A stretch of DNA of 64,000 bases, from positions 4,320,001 through 4,384,000 of the forward strand of contig OY969695.1 of assembly GCA_963701965.1 (NCBI GenBank), written 5' to 3'. The stretch comes from an uncultured Gemmatimonadales bacterium (GTDB lineage Bacteria > Gemmatimonadota > Gemmatimonadetes > Gemmatimonadales > Gemmatimonadaceae). The notes below the pieces were generated by a model. The model saw only the letters and a list, made by a program, of their open reading frames with translations. It ran no database searches and was not told where the DNA came from. Position 1 is the first letter of the stretch; every line of letters begins with the position of its first letter. Both the position numbers and the translations under genes were made by a program. Shown in pieces: positions 59,696 to 64,000 of this stretch.

Positions 59696-60421
59696 TCACC
59701 GGGGCACCAGGGCGAACACCAACGTCTGCCGCACCAGTTGCCGCACGCGGCGATTGGCGTAGAGCGCGGGTTGGTAGCGGCTCGCCGCCAGGGCCTCGCG
59801 CACCGCGCGCGCGAACGCCTCGGTGGCCTCGATACCAGCATCCGTCGCGACGACCCGCACCGATCCTCGCTCCGCGCGGCCCGCCGTATCGATCACGAAC
59901 TCCAGCGTCAAGTGCCCTGGGATGCCGGCGTCCCGCTGCGCGTCGGGGTACCTGGGCACCGGGGACCCGGGAAGCAGCGCCGCCGGGATGTCGACGGCGT
60001 CGGCCGCCAGCGGGCCGCCGCTGGTCTGGGATCCGGGCCCGGAGCCGGCCCGCGTCGGCCGTTCCCATACGGTGTCGGCGCCGACGGATCCCATCGGCGG
60101 TCCCGCATGGATGTCGGGTGGGACAAAATCTGGCGCGACGATGACCGGGACATCCGGAACGGCGATCGGTTTGCCAACTCCGCTGCCAGTCGCCAACGGG
60201 GTGCCCGGGGCGACCGGTGGGGTCGAGAAGATCAGCAGGGGTCGGGGCTCGGGTGGGGCCGGGTGGGTGTCGCCGCGACGGGCCGTGGCGACGACGGCGG
60301 CCGTGATCAGGAGGGCGTGCAACGCAACGCTGGCCGCGACGCCGGTGGGTCGGGATGCCGCTGGGGGGGTGACCAGGGGGACGCTCCGGTGGAGGACTGG
60401 AGGCGAACGTAGGTGCTCCAC
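59696..60421 (-). CDS. TonB-family energy transducer
   Basis: TM helix with SVALH, Pro-rich linker, PRYP...G...LEFVIDTAG, YQPA. Confidence 0.85.
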   Translation of the reverse strand: MEHLRSPPVLHRSVPLVTPPAASRPTGVAASVALHALLITAAVVATARRGDTHPAPPEPRPLLIFSTPPVAPGTPLATGSGVGKPIAVPDVPVIVAPDFVPPDIHAGPPMGSVGADTVWERPTRAGSGPGSQTSGGPLAADAVDIPAALLPGSPVPRYPDAQRDAGIPGHLTLEFVIDTAGRAERGSVRVVATDAGIEATEAFARAVREALAASRYQPALYANRRVRQLVRQTLVFALVPR

Positions 60422-60498
60422 CCCACGCGGCTCGTGACAATCGCATGACGTTTCCCACAAGAGTCCATTGCGGGATCATGAGTCGCTAACATCTTCTC

Positions 60499-61107
60499 AT
60501 GTCCACCATCTGGCAAAACCTGCTGCAGTTCGGCATTCCGTGGGAGGAAAAGCTCCTCCGCACGGTCGGCGTCTACATCTTCCTGCTGCTCGGCCTCCGC
60601 CTGGCCGGGAAACGCGAGCTGGGACAGTTCAACCCGTTCGACTTGATCGTGCTGTTGCTGCTGTCGAACACGCTGCAGAACGCGATCATCGGCAACGACA
60701 ATTCGCTGACCGGTGGCCTCCTCGGCGCCGCGATCCTGCTCGTGCTGAACTACGGCGTTGTGCGGTTCTTGTACCGCCACCCGGCCCTGGAACGCCTGAT
60801 CGAGGGCGACCCCGACGTGCTGGTCAAGGACGGGGAGCCCATCGAGCGCCGGCTCCGTCGCGAACTGATCACGCGCGACCAGCTGGAGGCCGCGGCGCGA
60901 CGCCAGGGCATTGAGTCCCTGGAAAAGGTGAGCGTCTGCCGTCTGGAGACTGGCGGCGCCTTGACGTTCATCGAGCGGAAACCGACCGACGACGAAGACC
61001 GGCATGCCGAGTTGGTCGCCCAACTGTGCCGGCTGACGGACCAACAGGCGGCCCTTACCGCGCAGGTACAGGCACTTCAGGAGCAGCGTCAAGAGACTCG
61101 GGCATGA
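60499..61107 (+). CDS. DUF421/YetF-family membrane protein
   Basis: GKRELGQFNPFDL, IEGDPDVLVKDG, LETGGALT. Confidence 0.9.
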   Translation: MSTIWQNLLQFGIPWEEKLLRTVGVYIFLLLGLRLAGKRELGQFNPFDLIVLLLLSNTLQNAIIGNDNSLTGGLLGAAILLVLNYGVVRFLYRHPALERLIEGDPDVLVKDGEPIERRLRRELITRDQLEAAARRQGIESLEKVSVCRLETGGALTFIERKPTDDEDRHAELVAQLCRLTDQQAALTAQVQALQEQRQETRA

Positions 61108-62320
61108 TCGTGTCGGTCAACGGTCCCAAACTCCACAACTGCGGCCACCGTCGCGCGACAAGAACGACGACGAGCATCGTGCCCAACGCGCCGGACACGA
61201 CCGACACGACCGGCGAGAACAACCGCGCCACGACCCCGGACTCGAATCCGCCCAGCTGATTCGATGTCCCAATGAACAGACTGTTGATCGCCCCCACGCG
61301 CCCGCGCATCTCATCGGGGGTCAGGAGCGGCACGAGCGTGCCCCGGACCACGACGCTGACCATGTCCAGCCCACCGATCAGGACGAGCATCGCCAGCGAG
61401 AGCACGAATGACCGCGACAGTCCGAACACCAGCGTGGCCACGCCAAAGCCAAAGACCGCGCCCAGCAACGTCGGCCCCGCGCGCCGCAGTGGCCCGCGCG
61501 CCAGCACGACGGCCATGACCACGGCGCCCACCGAGGGTGCCGCGTCCATCCACCCGAGACCCACCGGACCGACGTGCAGGATGTCCTTCGCGTACACCGG
61601 CATGAGCGATGTGGCGCCGCCCAGCAGTACCGCGAAGAGATCGAGCGTGATCGTCGCGAGAATCAGTTTCGTTCGGATGACGTAACGGACCCCGGCGATC
61701 AGCGATTCGATGGTCAGCGCCCGGTGTTCCCGATCGATCGGCCGATACCGCAGCAGGAACGCGCAGACGAGGAACACGAACGCTCCGGCGGCGCCACACA
61801 GATACACGATCGCCGGGGTGCGCAACGCGCCAATGAGAAGCCCGCCCAGGGCGGGACCGATGACGGCGGCCAGTTGCCATCCGCCGCTATTCCAAGTGAC
61901 CGCGTTGGCCAGCGTCTCCGGCGGCACGAGCGCCGGCAGGATGGCGTTTCGGGTCGGCTGCTGAAACGCCCGCGCCGCCCCCATGACCAGGAAGCACGCG
62001 TAGATGGCCATGACGGGCGCGTGCAGCCACGATACGGCCGCCAGTCCGAGCGACGCCGCCATCATGGCGGTCTGGGCGCCCATGAGGACGAAACGCCGGT
62101 TCACCGTGTCCACAATGTGCCCCGCGGGAAGCACGAGGGCGATCAGCGGGATCACGCTGACCAAACCGACGTATCCCAGCGCGAGCGCCGAGTGGGTGCG
62201 TTCGTACAGCTCCCAGCCGACCGCCGTGCCCTGCATCTCGAAACCGACCGTCCCCGAGAACGCGCCGAGCCAGAAGAGCCGAAAATCGCGCTCTTGCAGC
62301 GCCGCGTACGGAGAGTGCAC
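61055..62320 (-). CDS. MFS transporter
   Basis: RDFRLFW, AGHIVDTVNRR, LDLFAVLLGG, TPDEMRGRV, SNQLGGFESG. Confidence 0.92.
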   Translation of the reverse strand: MHSPYAALQERDFRLFWLGAFSGTVGFEMQGTAVGWELYERTHSALALGYVGLVSVIPLIALVLPAGHIVDTVNRRFVLMGAQTAMMAASLGLAAVSWLHAPVMAIYACFLVMGAARAFQQPTRNAILPALVPPETLANAVTWNSGGWQLAAVIGPALGGLLIGALRTPAIVYLCGAAGAFVFLVCAFLLRYRPIDREHRALTIESLIAGVRYVIRTKLILATITLDLFAVLLGGATSLMPVYAKDILHVGPVGLGWMDAAPSVGAVVMAVVLARGPLRRAGPTLLGAVFGFGVATLVFGLSRSFVLSLAMLVLIGGLDMVSVVVRGTLVPLLTPDEMRGRVGAINSLFIGTSNQLGGFESGVVARLFSPVVSVVSGALGTMLVVVLVARRWPQLWSLGPLTDTIMPESLDAAPEVPVPAR

Positions 62321-62328
62321 GCCGAAAT

Positions 62329-62550
62329 CTACTTCCCGTCCCGTCCCGCGAGGCGATCGAGCTCGGCCCCAAACTCGGCCCACGTGACGCCCATCCCGAC
62401 CAGCAACCGGTCATACGTGTGCAGGAGGCCCCACCGCACGCCGCGCTCAATGCCGCCGATCGCGGGCCGGTCCACGCCACTGAGAAATCCCAAGCGCTCC
62501 TGGCTCACGCCGCGCCGCTCGCGCAAGGTCCGCACAGCAATGCCGGCCAT
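62329..62550 (-). CDS. XRE-family HTH regulator
   Basis: VRTLRERRGVSQERLG..SGVDRPAIGGIERG. Confidence 0.85.
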   Translation of the reverse strand: MAGIAVRTLRERRGVSQERLGFLSGVDRPAIGGIERGVRWGLLHTYDRLLVGMGVTWAEFGAELDRLAGRDGK

Positions 62551-62633
62551 CGCACACGTCAGGCGTCCGCGCGTCGGGTTATCCGCCACTCTAAACTCCT
62601 GTCCAGGGCTGGCAGTGAAATAGCCGTGTGCGC

Positions 62634-62675
62634 CGGTACTGTCAAAGCTGAGTGCTTGCGAATCTGACAGTACCG
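62634..62675. promoter_or_regulatory. 11-bp perfect inverted repeat, putative operator
   Basis: cggtactgtca-N20-tgacagtaccg between the divergent HTH genes. Confidence 0.55.
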
Positions 62676-62705
62676 CTCCGGCTGTTCCCTAATAGCTTCG
62701 GCGCC

Positions 62706-62957
62706 ATGCGCTTACGCATCCCCGAACTCTTCGACGAACGGAAAAAGACCCCCTACGAGGTCGCACGCGACTCGGGCGGCAGGCTGACCGAGGCGACGTT
62801 GTATCGCCTCGCCCGGGAAAAGGGCAGCGTGAAGTTCGTGAGCCTGGGGCTACTGCAGGCGCTGTGCGATGTGCTGCACGTCGAGCCAGCCACGCTCTTC
62901 GAGTACCATCCCGAACCCGTGAAGCAGCCCGCGGCCCGGCGCAAAGCATCGCGTTAG
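62706..62957 (+). CDS. Cro/C1-type HTH protein
   Basis: MRLRIPELF...TPYEVA...TLYRLA...LQALCDVLHVEPATLFEY. Confidence 0.85.
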   Translation: MRLRIPELFDERKKTPYEVARDSGGRLTEATLYRLAREKGSVKFVSLGLLQALCDVLHVEPATLFEYHPEPVKQPAARRKASR

Positions 62958-62986
62958 ACGTCACGCCGAGCGTAATTTCGCTCGGC

Positions 62987-63868
62987 ATGCTGTCTCCGTC
63001 GGAGCTCGCCGTCGCGTTTGGCATTGCCGCGGCCCTCGGTTGGGGCCTCGCCAATGTTCTCTATCGTTCGTCGGGACAACGGGTCGGTGCGCTCCGCGCG
63101 ATGTTCTTCTTCCAGCTGCCGGGCGCGATCGCGCTCTCCGCCTGGCTGGCGGTCGACCATGCGTCCGTGGCCGCGACCATTCATGACGCGCCACCGTGGG
63201 GTTGGCCAGCGGCGGTCGCGGCGGCGGCCATCATTCTCGCGGGGTCGGCGGCCTTCATCCGGGCGCTGACGGTCGGACGCCTGACGTTGGTATCGCCGGT
63301 CGCCGCCAGCTACGCGGCCGTCACCGTGGCGCTGTCGCTCGCGCACGGCAATGCGATCGGCCTCCTATCGGCGCTGGGGATGGCCACGGCGGTCTTCGGC
63401 GTGGCCCTGGCGTCATCGCCCAGCGGGCGTCCGGGCCCGTCGTCGAGTCGCGCGGGACTGGGCTGGGCGGTACTGGCGGCCACCGGGTTCGGTGCCGGAT
63501 TCTGGGTGCAGGGGACATTCGCGGTTCCCGCGCTCGGACATATCCTGCCGGTGTGGACGTATTACGTGCTGGGTCTCGGCGTCGTGTCAGTGATCGCCCG
63601 CGTGCGCGGGCGCAGCCTGTCGCCGCCCGGGCCGGAGCACCGGGGCGTGGTGATCGGCGCGGGGCTTCTCGGCATGGTCGGCTACACCACATTCACCGCC
63701 GGGTTGGGGACGGGGCACGTCGCGGTCGTGACCGTACTCAGTTCGCTCGCTGCGGCGGTCACGGTGCTCGTGGCCCGGTTCGCCCTGCGCGAGCACTTGG
63801 CGCGCCACCAATGGCTTGGTGTCGGGGCCATCCTCGTCGGCATTGGCCTGATCAACGTGGGGCGGTGA
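62987..63868 (+). CDS. EamA/DMT-family transporter
   Basis: AALGWG, LVSPVAASY, VVTVLSSL, LREHL..QWLG; about ten TM segments. Confidence 0.88.
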   Translation: MLSPSELAVAFGIAAALGWGLANVLYRSSGQRVGALRAMFFFQLPGAIALSAWLAVDHASVAATIHDAPPWGWPAAVAAAAIILAGSAAFIRALTVGRLTLVSPVAASYAAVTVALSLAHGNAIGLLSALGMATAVFGVALASSPSGRPGPSSSRAGLGWAVLAATGFGAGFWVQGTFAVPALGHILPVWTYYVLGLGVVSVIARVRGRSLSPPGPEHRGVVIGAGLLGMVGYTTFTAGLGTGHVAVVTVLSSLAAAVTVLVARFALREHLARHQWLGVGAILVGIGLINVGR

Positions 63869-63869
63869 A

Positions 63870-64000
63870 GTGACAGGGCCGATGTGGACGCCGTCCGCGG
63901 AGCGGATTGCCCGGTCGAACCTGGCGGCATTCATCGAGTTCCTGCGTCCGGTCCCACTTCCGGCCGCGTCGGCACCGGGCGCCTTCGACGCACTGCACCG
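63870..64000 (+). CDS. Probable acetoacetate--CoA ligase, N-terminal fragment running off the window
   Basis: GPMWTPSAERIARSNLAAF...FDALHR resembles the family N-terminus; only 43 codons visible. Confidence 0.55.
   Translation, partial: MTGPMWTPSAERIARSNLAAFIEFLRPVPLPAASAPGAFDALH

Noticed and set aside
58478..62957. Prophage or ICE suggested by dinB plus the HTH pair
   Set aside because: No integrase, structural genes or att-like repeats seen.

Overview
High-GC bacterial chromosomal window with no rRNA, tRNA, CRISPR array or recognisable transposase. Gene content suggests a diderm such as Gemmatimonadota (inference). Main result: a complete lasso-peptide (RiPP) cluster at about 19.7-22.4 kb, ordered RRE/PqqD (B1), protease (B2), cyclase (C), precursor. 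The 45-aa precursor (22298..22435; leader ..YAAPKL..G...LTL, core GTATLTGEPIAGLHISGEV) is missing from the ORF track. The cluster converges on an ECF sigma/FecR/STN-TonB-dependent receptor signalling operon through one 17-bp hairpin, sits behind an AraC-type regulator, and is bracketed by two paralogous TPR-like proteins. Second: a probable ceramide operon (spt, bCerS-like GNAT, CerR-like SDR) converging on a 7-gene head-group operon (HAD, NTP-transferase, ATP-grasp, class III aminotransferase, CDP-alcohol phosphotransferase, Gfo/Idh/MocA, flippase-like), which suggests an unusual amino-polyol phosphosphingolipid. Third: a DUF4956, phosphoesterase, kinase-like/beta-barrel, ppk1 phosphate operon. 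Also present: glucoside hydrolases, an ABC-2 exporter, a pentose-phosphate gene run interrupted by an orphan Gp5-OB mini-gene, an S8 protease, dinB, TonB and a divergent HTH pair. Several genes appear to need CTG start codons, and three reading frames are broken by small lesions that may be assembly errors. All family calls come from reading motifs by eye; no database searches were run.
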